DNA of 64,000 nucleotides from a virus (Duplodnaviria > Caudoviricetes), in the IMG/VR virus record IMGVR_UViG_3300021091_000001, positions 138,044 to 202,043 of that record; one strand, 5' to 3'. Shown piece after piece: positions 49,569 through 58,625 of the stretch (the stretch's first letter is position 1; each line of letters starts with the position of its first letter). A program made the translations under genes and the position numbers. The notes beneath the pieces were generated by a model. It was not told where the DNA came from. It saw only the letters and a list, made by a program, of their open reading frames with translations, and did not search any database.

Positions 49569-50450
49569 TTAGTAATTTGACTTAGTAATATAATATTGTT
49601 CAGAGTTTTCTGAATACCCACATTCTTTAAGGTATCTCTGAAAATCCTCTCTAAGCGTTGACATATATACGTTAGTCGCCTTTTCTGCCAACTCTGGTTC
49701 GGTAACGGGGTCTGCAACATATTCGTGCACTGCTGGATTTGGAGTTCCTTGACTATACCAACCTAGATAACTATATCTGAACCCATTGGTAACTGGTTTC
49801 ACTTCATGAGCTGCCATATAATTCGATGGAAACATTATTATATCTCCCTTTTTAGGAGAATAATCTATATTTAAGTAATTAAAGTAATGATGACCACCAG
49901 TATAATTTTGACTATTTAAATCCTCTTCGTTATCAACAGAATCATTGAAATAGACTAAACTAGTGAGGACATTTCTTAAAGCTAATTGATCTTTTGGTTC
50001 TAATATTCCATATATATAGTCTGCGCTTATATCAGAATGAGAACCAAGATACACATTTTTTGGATACTGCAATATATGACCTTTTACTTTCCACCAAATA
50101 CATTTATACGCTAGAGGAAAAATTTCCAGATATTGTAGGAGGCACTTATCTTTACATTGTTCTAAAAAGTTTAGAATTTCTTTTACATTTGAGTCATCTT
50201 TATAATGTATTGAACTAGCTCTCTTTGGCATTAAGTCTATACTTGTTTTATTGAAGAAGTAACCACTTTTATTAACATATATTTCTTCACCAGTTTCTGG
50301 ATCTATTCCAGGGCTATACATATCAGACCATTCCTCTTGGATTAATTGATCTGATTTTTTAATTAAATAATCCCAGTCTAATTGAATACAGTTTTCAAAA
50401 AGAACTACTCCACCACCAAGATTTTTAGGATCAACTTTATTAAATAACAT
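49569..50450 (-). CDS. 2OG-Fe(II) dioxygenase, prolyl-4-hydroxylase-like
   Basis: SHSD...VYFND...YTGG...PKKGDIIMFPSNY...HEVKPVTNGFRY. Confidence 0.9.
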   Translation of the reverse strand: MLFNKVDPKNLGGGVVLFENCIQLDWDYLIKKSDQLIQEEWSDMYSPGIDPETGEEIYVNKSGYFFNKTSIDLMPKRASSIHYKDDSNVKEILNFLEQCKDKCLLQYLEIFPLAYKCIWWKVKGHILQYPKNVYLGSHSDISADYIYGILEPKDQLALRNVLTSLVYFNDSVDNEEDLNSQNYTGGHHYFNYLNIDYSPKKGDIIMFPSNYMAAHEVKPVTNGFRYSYLGWYSQGTPNPAVHEYVADPVTEPELAEKATNVYMSTLREDFQRYLKECGYSENSEQYYITKSNY

Positions 50451-51375
50451 TTTTTATAATTTCCCTATTGGTATCATGACTTGTCATGGGTCTTTTAACT
50501 GCTTCAGTTAAATACGTATTTTTTTCTGAGTATATATCAATATTTCTTTTTTTAAGATGGTCAATATAATCATCCATTATGGATGGCATCCAGACTTGAC
50601 CACTATCTATTACATCAGAAGGCTGCCTTATATTTACTCCGACTTTTTCATCGTTTGATCCTTGCGCAAAATATCCAACATATGCATATCTTTCTCCATG
50701 TTGACATTCAAGCACTCTGTGTGTGCCCAAATAATTAGAAGGAAACATAAGAACATCTCCAGCTTTTGGAGAATATTTATAGTCTGCATAAGGAAAGTAT
50801 ATTTCGCCACCAACGTAATCATAATTATTTTTGATTAGTTCAACAGATTCAACAGAATTATTAAAATAAATTAAACCACCAAGAACATTTCTGATAGCAA
50901 GTTGCTGATCTGGTTCTGCTCCTGGCTGATAATTAACATCATTATCACAATGTATACCAAACTTTGCGCCAGGGCCATATCCAACTATATGGCCCTGAGT
51001 TCTCCACCACAAACATGGGATCATCATTGGAAAAAATTCCACATATCTCAACATACAGTTGTACAAAACTTCTTCACATATCTTAAAAAATTTAAAATAT
51101 TTACTATCTAATGTTTTATCTTCAAGAAAATTCATTATGTGGTTGCACGATATGTTAATGTCCTCTAATGAATATCTATGACCGCTTCTGTTTATTGCAT
51201 ACAGAGGATTTTCATCTTCATCTTTTATGTAAGTAAAATCTTGCTCAAGCGCTGTTTGTCTTAGTGAGGCTGCAAAATCTATTATAAAAGAATAATCTTC
51301 CATTGGTATAACATTCTTAAACAGAATGATTCCCATGTCGTGTTTTTCTATATTATCTTCTTTAACATCAAACAT
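50440..51375 (-). CDS. 2OG-Fe(II) dioxygenase, prolyl-4-hydroxylase-like
   Basis: IHCD...IYFNN...YVGGEIYF...PKAGDVLMFPSNY...HRVLECQHGERY. Confidence 0.9.
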   Translation of the reverse strand: MFDVKEDNIEKHDMGIILFKNVIPMEDYSFIIDFAASLRQTALEQDFTYIKDEDENPLYAINRSGHRYSLEDINISCNHIMNFLEDKTLDSKYFKFFKICEEVLYNCMLRYVEFFPMMIPCLWWRTQGHIVGYGPGAKFGIHCDNDVNYQPGAEPDQQLAIRNVLGGLIYFNNSVESVELIKNNYDYVGGEIYFPYADYKYSPKAGDVLMFPSNYLGTHRVLECQHGERYAYVGYFAQGSNDEKVGVNIRQPSDVIDSGQVWMPSIMDDYIDHLKKRNIDIYSEKNTYLTEAVKRPMTSHDTNREIIKNVI

Positions 51376-51381
51376 ATAATT

Positions 51382-52500
51382 TTACACCAATTTTGGTTCT
51401 GTTCCACATGGTCCTTCTGGAAGATCAACAGCTTGGGGTTCTTTATTCATTAAATCATTATCTTCAAAAGTAATTGTATCGTGACTTTGACCATATTGAG
51501 TAACCTCCCTACCCTGATACACTGGATTCCATCCTGCTTCTAGACCAAATTGTTCAGCTTTAGTCTCCCATCTAGAATATTCTGTTCTACAATACATTTC
51601 ATAATCATCATAAATATTGTTCAACCAAACTGGTGGGCACCATTCAAAACTCTCTTTTGGCTCAGTGATAACTATATTACACGATTGGTCTGAAGATCCT
51701 TGTCCAAAAAAGGTTAAATAGGAATATCTAACTCCTTTTCCCATTCTTTCTACGTCATGAGCTGCAACATAATTTGTTGGAAAAAATATTATATCTCCCT
51801 TTTTTGGTTTATAAGAAATTTTTAAGTGTACAAATCTTAAATTTCCACCAGTAAAATTCTTTCCATTTAATTCTTCCTCTGAGTCAACACAATCGTTTAA
51901 ATAAATTAATGCACCACATGTTTGACGAGAGGCAACCATCCCCTTAGGCATATATCTAATACCTTTAGTAACCTTATAGTTTGTGTCGTTATCTGCGTGA
52001 CAACCCAATATTCCACCATCACCATATCTAAGAATATGACCTCTAGTTTTCCACCAAATTGAACCTATCATCAAAGGATAGTAGTCTATATATTTAATAA
52101 GACTTTTGTATATTTGATCTTCTAAATAGATAAAGAAATTTTTTATTTTCTCTTTTGTATTTGGATTTACAGGATCAAGTATTCTAACTGGTGCTGCTGG
52201 AACATCTTCCATTCGATACCTAAAACCATCTTCGTTAATTCCATAAGTTACACCATCTATTTCTTTGTAATTCCATCTGGATTCATGGGCCTTTTGTGCT
52301 CTTTCGTCTATGTGGCTCAGAATAAGATTTTGATCAATTTCAAAGGCGTTTTTTACAACTATGATACCTGGCGCAAGTTCTTCTGTCTCAAGCTTAGCTA
52401 TTTCATTGATAACATTTTTATCAAACTCTGGAGACACTGGATATGCTTCTGAACTCATTCTAGACTCATCTCTTAAGAAGAATTCTTTGTTATCTTCCAT
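51382..52500 (-). CDS. 2OG-Fe(II) dioxygenase, prolyl-4-hydroxylase-like
   Basis: CHAD...IYLND...FTGGNLRF...PKKGDIIFFPTNY...HDVERMGKGVRY. Confidence 0.9.
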   Translation of the reverse strand: MEDNKEFFLRDESRMSSEAYPVSPEFDKNVINEIAKLETEELAPGIIVVKNAFEIDQNLILSHIDERAQKAHESRWNYKEIDGVTYGINEDGFRYRMEDVPAAPVRILDPVNPNTKEKIKNFFIYLEDQIYKSLIKYIDYYPLMIGSIWWKTRGHILRYGDGGILGCHADNDTNYKVTKGIRYMPKGMVASRQTCGALIYLNDCVDSEEELNGKNFTGGNLRFVHLKISYKPKKGDIIFFPTNYVAAHDVERMGKGVRYSYLTFFGQGSSDQSCNIVITEPKESFEWCPPVWLNNIYDDYEMYCRTEYSRWETKAEQFGLEAGWNPVYQGREVTQYGQSHDTITFEDNDLMNKEPQAVDLPEGPCGTEPKLV

Positions 52501-53114
52501 TATCCTAAGACCTCATCTATTGCTTCTCTTACTGTCCATCCTGCACCTTGAATTCTGGGAATTGTATCTAGAGGCATATCTTGCCAATTGAATCTAGACA
52601 TCATAATGCCATCTCTACTTACTAAGAACTTTTCATAATTATGAGATATCCTAGCTATAGCTTGCCCTGCTAAATTTTGCCCCATTATTGCTTGATCAGA
52701 AGCGTCTGCTTTACTATCGGAATATGCTCTTTTTTCATAACCTTTTAAGGCTGAAAATAATGGGTGCTCATTTTTTCCATTTACTTCAACTTTTTCTAGA
52801 ATTGGAAAAGTAACAAATGAATAATTATCTTTTATAAAATTATCAATTTCTTCATTAGTTCCTGGTTCCATAAAGCCAAATTGGTTACATGGAAATCCCA
52901 ATACAGAAAAGCCTCTGTCTTTAAATTCTTCATGTACGTGTTGTAGTTGCCATAATTGTCTACATGTTCTTGCGTAGGACCAAAACTTTGAGCATTGTGG
53001 ACTATATCCATACTTACTAGATATATTGACCATTAAAGTAATTTTACCACGAAAATTAGATAGATAATTATTTTCACCAGTAATAGAATTTATTTGTATA
53101 TCATAAACAGACAT
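52500..53114 (-). CDS. Glutathione-peroxidase-fold protein, divergent active site
   Basis: RGKITLMVNISSKYG...GFSVLGFPCNQFG.MEPG...FPILEKVEVNGKNEHPLF...NYEKFLVSRDG is the GPx/BtuE pattern; the canonical VASKCG Cys is replaced by Tyr. Confidence 0.85.
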   Translation of the reverse strand: MSVYDIQINSITGENNYLSNFRGKITLMVNISSKYGYSPQCSKFWSYARTCRQLWQLQHVHEEFKDRGFSVLGFPCNQFGFMEPGTNEEIDNFIKDNYSFVTFPILEKVEVNGKNEHPLFSALKGYEKRAYSDSKADASDQAIMGQNLAGQAIARISHNYEKFLVSRDGIMMSRFNWQDMPLDTIPRIQGAGWTVREAIDEVLG

Positions 53115-53422
53115 TATTTTTCTCCAACAAAATTTACTTGTAAATAATTGTCAACTTTTATTTGACCAAAAAGATTATCATCATCCAACGATAGGTTCAT
53201 GGTCAATGTACAAGGTATGGGGAATTCAGTTTTTCCAACCAGCATTATGAAATTTTTTGTGTTATTTTTTTGCTGAAGATTAACAAAGCCTTTTTCATTA
53301 TATATTTTATAATGAGCTATATTATCTAATATAGATATATCAAAATAACATTCTTCTTCTCCAAATGGTGTATCTATTTTAAGATTCCATTTACCTAAAA
53401 AATTTTTATTATATTCATCCAT
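53114..53422 (-). CDS. Hypothetical protein (102 aa), probably on a leaderless transcript
   Basis: FLGKWNLKIDTPFGE beta-rich protein; TATAAT lies 7 nt upstream of the ATG and there is no RBS. Confidence 0.65.
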   Translation of the reverse strand: MDEYNKNFLGKWNLKIDTPFGEEECYFDISILDNIAHYKIYNEKGFVNLQQKNNTKNFIMLVGKTEFPIPCTLTMNLSLDDDNLFGQIKVDNYLQVNFVGEK

Positions 53423-53423
53423 A

Positions 53424-53440
53424 GATATAATTATATCACA
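53424..53440 (-). promoter_or_regulatory. Extended -10 leaderless promoter inside a 14-bp palindrome
   Basis: Minus strand TGTGA-TATAAT-TATATCT-ATG; GATATAATTATATC (53424-53437) is a perfect palindrome. Confidence 0.6.
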
Positions 53441-53445
53441 AAGTC

Positions 53446-54117
53446 CTATTCGTAATAGAAACTTCCATTAGATAATGCTAGAGGTGGATTATCCTTATGC
53501 CAAAGATTAACAACAAGCACTTGTCTTATTCCAGACTTTGACCCAACTGTATTGTGTAATACATGACCGGCATCAAAAAAAATAGCTCTATTTCCTTTGT
53601 AGGCTATTTTTTCTCTATCTTTTTTTAAAGATATATATTTTTTAATATATTTTTTTTCTAGTATATTTTTTTTGCCATCTTCTAATGTTTTTTTATGAAT
53701 TTCTAAAAATCCACCATCTTCATTTTCTTTGCCATAAAAAACACAACCATATATTGGTCCTTTAAAAATTTTTGATTCTGCGTAAAGAAATGTATCTTCA
53801 TCTACATGAATGTCTAAATATTGTCCTGGAAGATAAGTTCTTGTCCAATATTCAAATCCCAAAATATCATTTAGATCCCAAATCATTAGATCTTTCCATA
53901 AAGATTGGATAACTTTTTTCTTTAAAGTATTAGCTGGAGTTCTCCACCAGCCATCCCAAAACATGTATGGGGCAAAGCAGTCGCTTTTTTCATCATGATA
54001 TGAATTTAGATGTTCTGCTATTTTTTCTCCATAATTCATTATCTCGGGAAAAAAAAGATTGTCAGAAATTACTTCCTCATATGTATCTTGATCTAAACAA
54101 TTGTCTTTTATCAACAT
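53446..54117 (-). CDS. 2OG-Fe(II) dioxygenase
   Basis: IHVDED...CVFY...GGFLEI...YKGNRAIFFD...LHNT...GIRQVLVVNLW. Confidence 0.8.
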   Translation of the reverse strand: MLIKDNCLDQDTYEEVISDNLFFPEIMNYGEKIAEHLNSYHDEKSDCFAPYMFWDGWWRTPANTLKKKVIQSLWKDLMIWDLNDILGFEYWTRTYLPGQYLDIHVDEDTFLYAESKIFKGPIYGCVFYGKENEDGGFLEIHKKTLEDGKKNILEKKYIKKYISLKKDREKIAYKGNRAIFFDAGHVLHNTVGSKSGIRQVLVVNLWHKDNPPLALSNGSFYYE

Positions 54118-54133
54118 GTAAATTGAAATTATT

Positions 54134-55345
54134 TTACTGATCTTCTTCTTCTGAAGATTCTTGCTCAGAAAAATTCATTGGTTGAATAATTTGATTCAAA
54201 TAATTTTTAACTGATTTTTTTTCTGTTCTAGAAAAATATTTAAGAACAATATCTTCTATAGTATTGTTTTTTCTTCTATCGTCTAAATAGTCAGATGAAT
54301 TGTATATCATATCCAATATATCAACACTTGAAACTGTTTCTAAATCTAGTGAGTTATTTACTGCAAATTCATATATCTTAGATTCAAAAAATTCCTTTTC
54401 TTTATCGATAATTGATTGTGGAATAGATATTGGTAGAGGAAAATTTTCTAACAATGAAGATAATGTTCTGTATCTTATGTTTAACATAAACCATTTTTTG
54501 AATTTTGAACCAAGCTCAGCTGGCTCAACTATTGACTGTCTAGGATCTTCATTTCCATTAAAATAATGCTCTAATACAGTACTTGGCTGAGAATCAATTA
54601 ATTCTTGTATTGCATCTGATGGAATATCCCAATCTTGAAATGCTTTTTTGCATTTTATTGCAATTGTGTCATTTGAATTCCATGGATCTTCCGCCAAGAT
54701 AGACCATTGATATGCCATTTTTAAAATATGTGGGAAAGTCTGAGACATAAAAACTCTACCTGGCCAATCTTTATACGCCCTATCAGTAATTGATCCATGT
54801 GTTAATTTTGCAATATAAAGGTTAGACATTGATGCTAAAACCAACTGCCAACCAAGTACGCCGTCATTTCCAAGATAATCTCTATCTACAATATCTGGTG
54901 CACCTTCTTTATTAGCATCTGCGAACGGCATAGATGCATAGTTATCATCGATCAAATCACATCTTCTCTTTGGATCTATGGCTGACCCAAACCATTCACC
55001 ATGTTCATCTTCTGATACATTAGCAACGGAGTTGTGAAGTATAAAAGTGTGAGACTCTTTATCGTAATCTCCACTTAGAATATCCTCAAGTGACTCAAAT
55101 GTTTCAGCGTTTATATCTTGTGAATAATTTTCTGATTTAATTCTATAAACAAATTCAGTTTTGAAAAAAAACATTTTTGTAAAGGCTATTAGAACATGAT
55201 CTTCAATTTCATATAAATCATAATGAAATAACTCTTTTAGACCACTTGAATGAACTGTATATATGCCAAAATCTTCTTTAATATCAGTTATGGCATAACA
55301 TGCATATAGCGATGGATCGTAATTTTCTACATTTTTATAAATCAT
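54134..55345 (-). CDS. Hypothetical protein (403 aa)
   Basis: Long co-oriented ORF with ATG and GGAAG RBS; no motif recognised. Confidence 0.75.
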   Translation of the reverse strand: MIYKNVENYDPSLYACYAITDIKEDFGIYTVHSSGLKELFHYDLYEIEDHVLIAFTKMFFFKTEFVYRIKSENYSQDINAETFESLEDILSGDYDKESHTFILHNSVANVSEDEHGEWFGSAIDPKRRCDLIDDNYASMPFADANKEGAPDIVDRDYLGNDGVLGWQLVLASMSNLYIAKLTHGSITDRAYKDWPGRVFMSQTFPHILKMAYQWSILAEDPWNSNDTIAIKCKKAFQDWDIPSDAIQELIDSQPSTVLEHYFNGNEDPRQSIVEPAELGSKFKKWFMLNIRYRTLSSLLENFPLPISIPQSIIDKEKEFFESKIYEFAVNNSLDLETVSSVDILDMIYNSSDYLDDRRKNNTIEDIVLKYFSRTEKKSVKNYLNQIIQPMNFSEQESSEEEDQ

Positions 55346-55364
55346 TGAAAATTTAATCTTCCTT

Positions 55365-55610
55365 TTAATTAATTAAATTGGATAATTCTTTAATTTTTTC
55401 TTCTACTTTTTTAATTTTTAAAATTAATTCTTTTATATAAAATTCAGACATTTTATCTTCCTCTGGAATAAAATTATCTATATCAAAACTTTCTGGATCT
55501 TTACCTATTGCGCACAATCTTTGTATTAAATCTTTTTCAAAAGATTTTTTTGTCTGTTTATATGTAAGTAGCTTTTCTTCTAGAGTCAAAGAAAAATTCA
55601 TTTTATTCAT
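55365..55610 (-). CDS. Small helical hypothetical protein (tandem paralogue B)
   Basis: MNFSLTLEEKL...IGKDPESFDIDNF, similar to 55603-55860. Confidence 0.65.
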   Translation of the reverse strand: MNKMNFSLTLEEKLLTYKQTKKSFEKDLIQRLCAIGKDPESFDIDNFIPEEDKMSEFYIKELILKIKKVEEKIKELSNLIN

Positions 55611-55860
55611 TTTCCAATTGATTGATTTTGTTTTTTATATTAACATAGACCTCAGTGTGTAACTTTAAAATAAGTAAGTTTGAATATGTATCAATAGATT
55701 CATCTATCTCTTCAAATGACCCAAGAAAAGAATCAGGATCAAAATCATCAGGATCTAACCCAGATTCTAGAATCTTTTCAAGAATTGCTTGCTCTCGAGA
55801 AATCAGAACTTTGTTATAAACTTCTAATTTTGTTTCTTTTTTTAAGTTTGAAAAATTCAT
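55603..55860 (-). CDS. Small helical hypothetical protein (tandem paralogue A)
   Basis: MNFSNLKKETKL...SGLDPDDFDPDSF; overlaps the next start. Confidence 0.65.
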   Translation of the reverse strand: MNFSNLKKETKLEVYNKVLISREQAILEKILESGLDPDDFDPDSFLGSFEEIDESIDTYSNLLILKLHTEVYVNIKNKINQLENE

Positions 55861-55924
55861 TTATTAATATCTCTTTTCTACTCTGATCTTAGCTATAGTA
55901 CTGCTAAAATGAATACAATCAATC

Positions 55925-56635
55925 CTATTCTGGTTCCTTAAACTTTGGTAGACCTTCCGTTTTTGGACCTATTGTATTACCTTTTTCGTCTAGACCAGTT
56001 CTGATTCCATTCATCCAAGTCCATGGTTGTTCATGTAGTTTTTTCATTTTTGCATCACCGTATGCTTGTCTTTTTTCCATTAATTCTTTTTTATCCCATA
56101 AATTTTCTATTGAAAAATCTACTTCTTGTAGTAGGTTGTTTGGATAAATATTAAAGAACATAAATGGCGTGCCGCTTTTAAAAATTACTGGCTCACCAAT
56201 TTTTGTAATTTTCCAATTCATATTAAACTCATCTGGCCACCAAGAACTAGGTATGCTTGCAGACAAAGGAACTGCTCCATCAACGAAATAATTTGGAGAT
56301 CCAGTGATCCAAGTATCGTACCCTTCCTCTGTATTGATTGCCCATCCGGTAGCAAATGACATAATACCTATTATTGATGGTATTACAACAGGTCTGCCAT
56401 TTAAAAATTCTCCGTCAAGGACTTTTGGAGGAGAATTTCCACCATCCCACTGAACCACCACATCTTGCTGAAGAATTAATTCCCATCCATTAACATTTGC
56501 TGCTGACATTGGCAAGCATCTATACGCATGTTTGTTGTACGTTTCGTCCATCCAATCTCTTTTGAGTCTGGATTGCTTAATGCTAGGCGGATTCTGATGA
56601 GTTTTCGTTAATGTTACTTTCATTATAGCTTTCAC
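55925..56635 (-). CDS. DUF6065-like protein
   Basis: RDWMDET...AYRCLPMSAANVNGWEL...GIMSF...GSPNY...LSASI...W.P.EFNMNWKIT...F..GTPF matches my recollection of DUF6065. The start may be ATG 56623. Confidence 0.65.
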   Translation of the reverse strand: MKAIMKVTLTKTHQNPPSIKQSRLKRDWMDETYNKHAYRCLPMSAANVNGWELILQQDVVVQWDGGNSPPKVLDGEFLNGRPVVIPSIIGIMSFATGWAINTEEGYDTWITGSPNYFVDGAVPLSASIPSSWWPDEFNMNWKITKIGEPVIFKSGTPFMFFNIYPNNLLQEVDFSIENLWDKKELMEKRQAYGDAKMKKLHEQPWTWMNGIRTGLDEKGNTIGPKTEGLPKFKEPE

Positions 56636-57239
56636 TTAATAATTTTTCTATGGTTTTTTTTATATTATTTAATGCTTGTTCAGAATTAGTTTGCCTATTA
56701 CCACTATTAAATGCCAAATCTAATAAATCAGAATTGCAAAATCTTACATATCTTTGACCGTCTCTAGAAACAATAAATTTTTCAAAGTTTCCATGAACTG
56801 GGTCTCTATTCTTTTGAAATTGTTCATATAGTGCATGTTGTTTTCCGCTAACTTCATAATAACTTAATTTACAATTTTCATTTAATATATTTACCATTTC
56901 AGAAAATGGTAAATCCGTATCATACAATACTTTCATATGATCTCTCATGTTTTCTGCACTTGTGTTTGAATCAGCAAATTCTCCATAGGCGTCTTGACAA
57001 AAATCAATACTTGGAATTGCTAGAACTTCAAACCCCTGATCCCTATACTCATTATAGAGATTTTGAATAATGGGATACTGTGCTGAATTTGCACATTCTC
57101 CAGTAACATTGACTATCATTGTTACTTTTCCCTTTAATTCATGAAGAATATTTTTTTTACCGTCTATTGAATTAAGGTCAATAGTATATATATTAGTTTC
57201 GGCTTGCTCAACTATTGATTCTTCTGAGTTTTGTTCCAT
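56583..57239 (-). CDS. Glutathione-peroxidase-fold protein
   Basis: KGKVTMIVNVTGECAN...QNLYNEYRDQGFEVLAIPS.DF...GNFEKFIVSRDG; the peroxidatic-position Cys is retained. Confidence 0.8.
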   Translation of the reverse strand: MEQNSEESIVEQAETNIYTIDLNSIDGKKNILHELKGKVTMIVNVTGECANSAQYPIIQNLYNEYRDQGFEVLAIPSIDFCQDAYGEFADSNTSAENMRDHMKVLYDTDLPFSEMVNILNENCKLSYYEVSGKQHALYEQFQKNRDPVHGNFEKFIVSRDGQRYVRFCNSDLLDLAFNSGNRQTNSEQALNNIKKTIEKLLSESYNESNINENSSESA

Positions 57240-57897
57240 TTTCTTCTTTTTCTTCTTTAAATTTATTTGCTATTTGATTATATTGTAAATTATTATCCTT
57301 ATAATCAAACATTGTTACAGCTGAATACTTGATCCCATCTGTAACAGGCATAGCGCCATGCGCATAAATATAGGTTGAAGGGAAGAAAATTACATCACCT
57401 TTTTGTGGTTTGAAATTTATTTCAAGATATGGAAACCATAACTCTCCACCTTCATAATCGTCATTAAAATATACTATTGAAGACAGGGTACAGTTGTAGG
57501 AAAATCCATGGTCTGTATGGACAGCAAAATGCTGACCTGGATTATACTTCACGAAGTTTATTGCTTCCATAAACTCCATTTTAAAGTTATATCTGCTTTC
57601 ATAATCTGATAAACAGCTTCTTAAAATAGATTCTGTATCTTCATATATATTTTTAATTTCTGACAATTCCTCTGGGAGCACCTGCCAGTGCGCTGAGCTC
57701 ACTTTAAGGTCAAGACAATCTCTATAATCTGGCATACTTTCTTTGTATCCAACTGTTGCCTCGTTCCACTTAAAGTATTCGTGAGAACTGTCTTTTAGAC
57801 AAGTTTCCAATCTTTCTGGAATATTTAAATCAGTAGATACAGCTTTTCTGTACAAAATGATTCCAAATTTTGGGTCTTCTACATTATATATTTCCAT
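57208..57897 (-). CDS. 2OG-Fe(II) dioxygenase, prolyl-4-hydroxylase-like
   Basis: VHTD...VYFNDDYEGGELWF...PQKGDVIFFPS...HGAMPVTDGIKY; likely start ATG 57897 after GAGGA. Confidence 0.9.
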   Translation of the reverse strand: MEIYNVEDPKFGIILYRKAVSTDLNIPERLETCLKDSSHEYFKWNEATVGYKESMPDYRDCLDLKVSSAHWQVLPEELSEIKNIYEDTESILRSCLSDYESRYNFKMEFMEAINFVKYNPGQHFAVHTDHGFSYNCTLSSIVYFNDDYEGGELWFPYLEINFKPQKGDVIFFPSTYIYAHGAMPVTDGIKYSAVTMFDYKDNNLQYNQIANKFKEEKEENGTKLRRINS

Positions 57898-57927
57898 GTT
57901 CCTCTGCAATTCGTTAATATGCTTTTG

Positions 57928-57942
57928 TGATATACTATATCA
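57928..57942. promoter_or_regulatory. Palindromic bidirectional extended -10 element between divergent dioxygenase genes
   Basis: TGATATA-C-TATATCA reads TG-A-TATACT on plus and TG-A-TATAGT on minus, in the only divergent intergenic gap. Confidence 0.55.
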
Positions 57943-57984
57943 TAGTACGTAACATATATCAACGCAAAAACGGAAAATATCACT

Positions 57985-58623
57985 ATGAACAGTAGGGCAG
58001 ACGAAGAAAAATCCTTAATTGAACCTGGACATTTTGGATCTAGCGCTGAAAATATCAAAATAATTACTAACTTTATTAGTATTAATGATATAAAAATCAT
58101 TCAAAATTTTCTTCCAAATATCAATGAATGGATGGATTCTGGCGAAAATAAATACGACGAAAATGGCACCTGCATATATGATGCTGCATATTGGTCAAAT
58201 CGCCAATGCAGTGGAGATATTTTAAAAAGAATAAATCCTGAAGTTTACAACATAATTGATTTTTATATAAATAAAATGAAGCTATTCTTAGACCAAGAAT
58301 TTAAAGTTGACCTTTCAACTAGGCCACCTGTTATTATTAAGTGGAAACCTGGAATGGAACAACAACCCCATGCAGATAAACAAACGAATGATGGAAAACC
58401 CAATCCATTTCCAACGTATGATATTAATTCTCTTTTTTACTATAATGATGATTTTGAAGGTGGCGAATTGTATTATCCTCAACACGATATCGTCGTCAAT
58501 CCCAAGCCAGGTTTAGCGGTTGCCCATCCTGGTGATATACATTATCTACATGGTGTAAAAACCATAATTAGCGGATATAGATACACTACTCCATCTTTTT
58601 ACACAATAAACAAAGTTTATTAA
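57985..58623 (+). CDS. 2OG-Fe(II) dioxygenase, prolyl-4-hydroxylase-like
   Basis: PHAD...FYYNDDFEGGELYY...PKPGLAV...HGVKTIISGYRY. Confidence 0.9.
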   Translation: MNSRADEEKSLIEPGHFGSSAENIKIITNFISINDIKIIQNFLPNINEWMDSGENKYDENGTCIYDAAYWSNRQCSGDILKRINPEVYNIIDFYINKMKLFLDQEFKVDLSTRPPVIIKWKPGMEQQPHADKQTNDGKPNPFPTYDINSLFYYNDDFEGGELYYPQHDIVVNPKPGLAVAHPGDIHYLHGVKTIISGYRYTTPSFYTINKVY

Positions 58624-58625
58624 TA

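Noticed and set aside
42661-55900. Shared late-promoter motif TACTAT/TACTAC in several gaps (about 42668, 46340, 46660, 55878)
   Set aside because: Only a TANNNT-type hexamer in AT-rich DNA with inconsistent flanks; cannot be supported without a statistical motif search.
52500-57239. Selenocysteine (UGA) in the GPx-like genes
   Set aside because: No in-frame TGA; the equivalent codons are TAT (Tyr) and a Cys codon.
56583-57239. +1 overlaps of the GPx gene with both neighbours (56583-56635 and 57208-57239) as further frameshift sites
   Set aside because: Each downstream gene has its own ATG and a complete, different fold, and no CGG lies in the overlap; ordinary gene overlap is enough.
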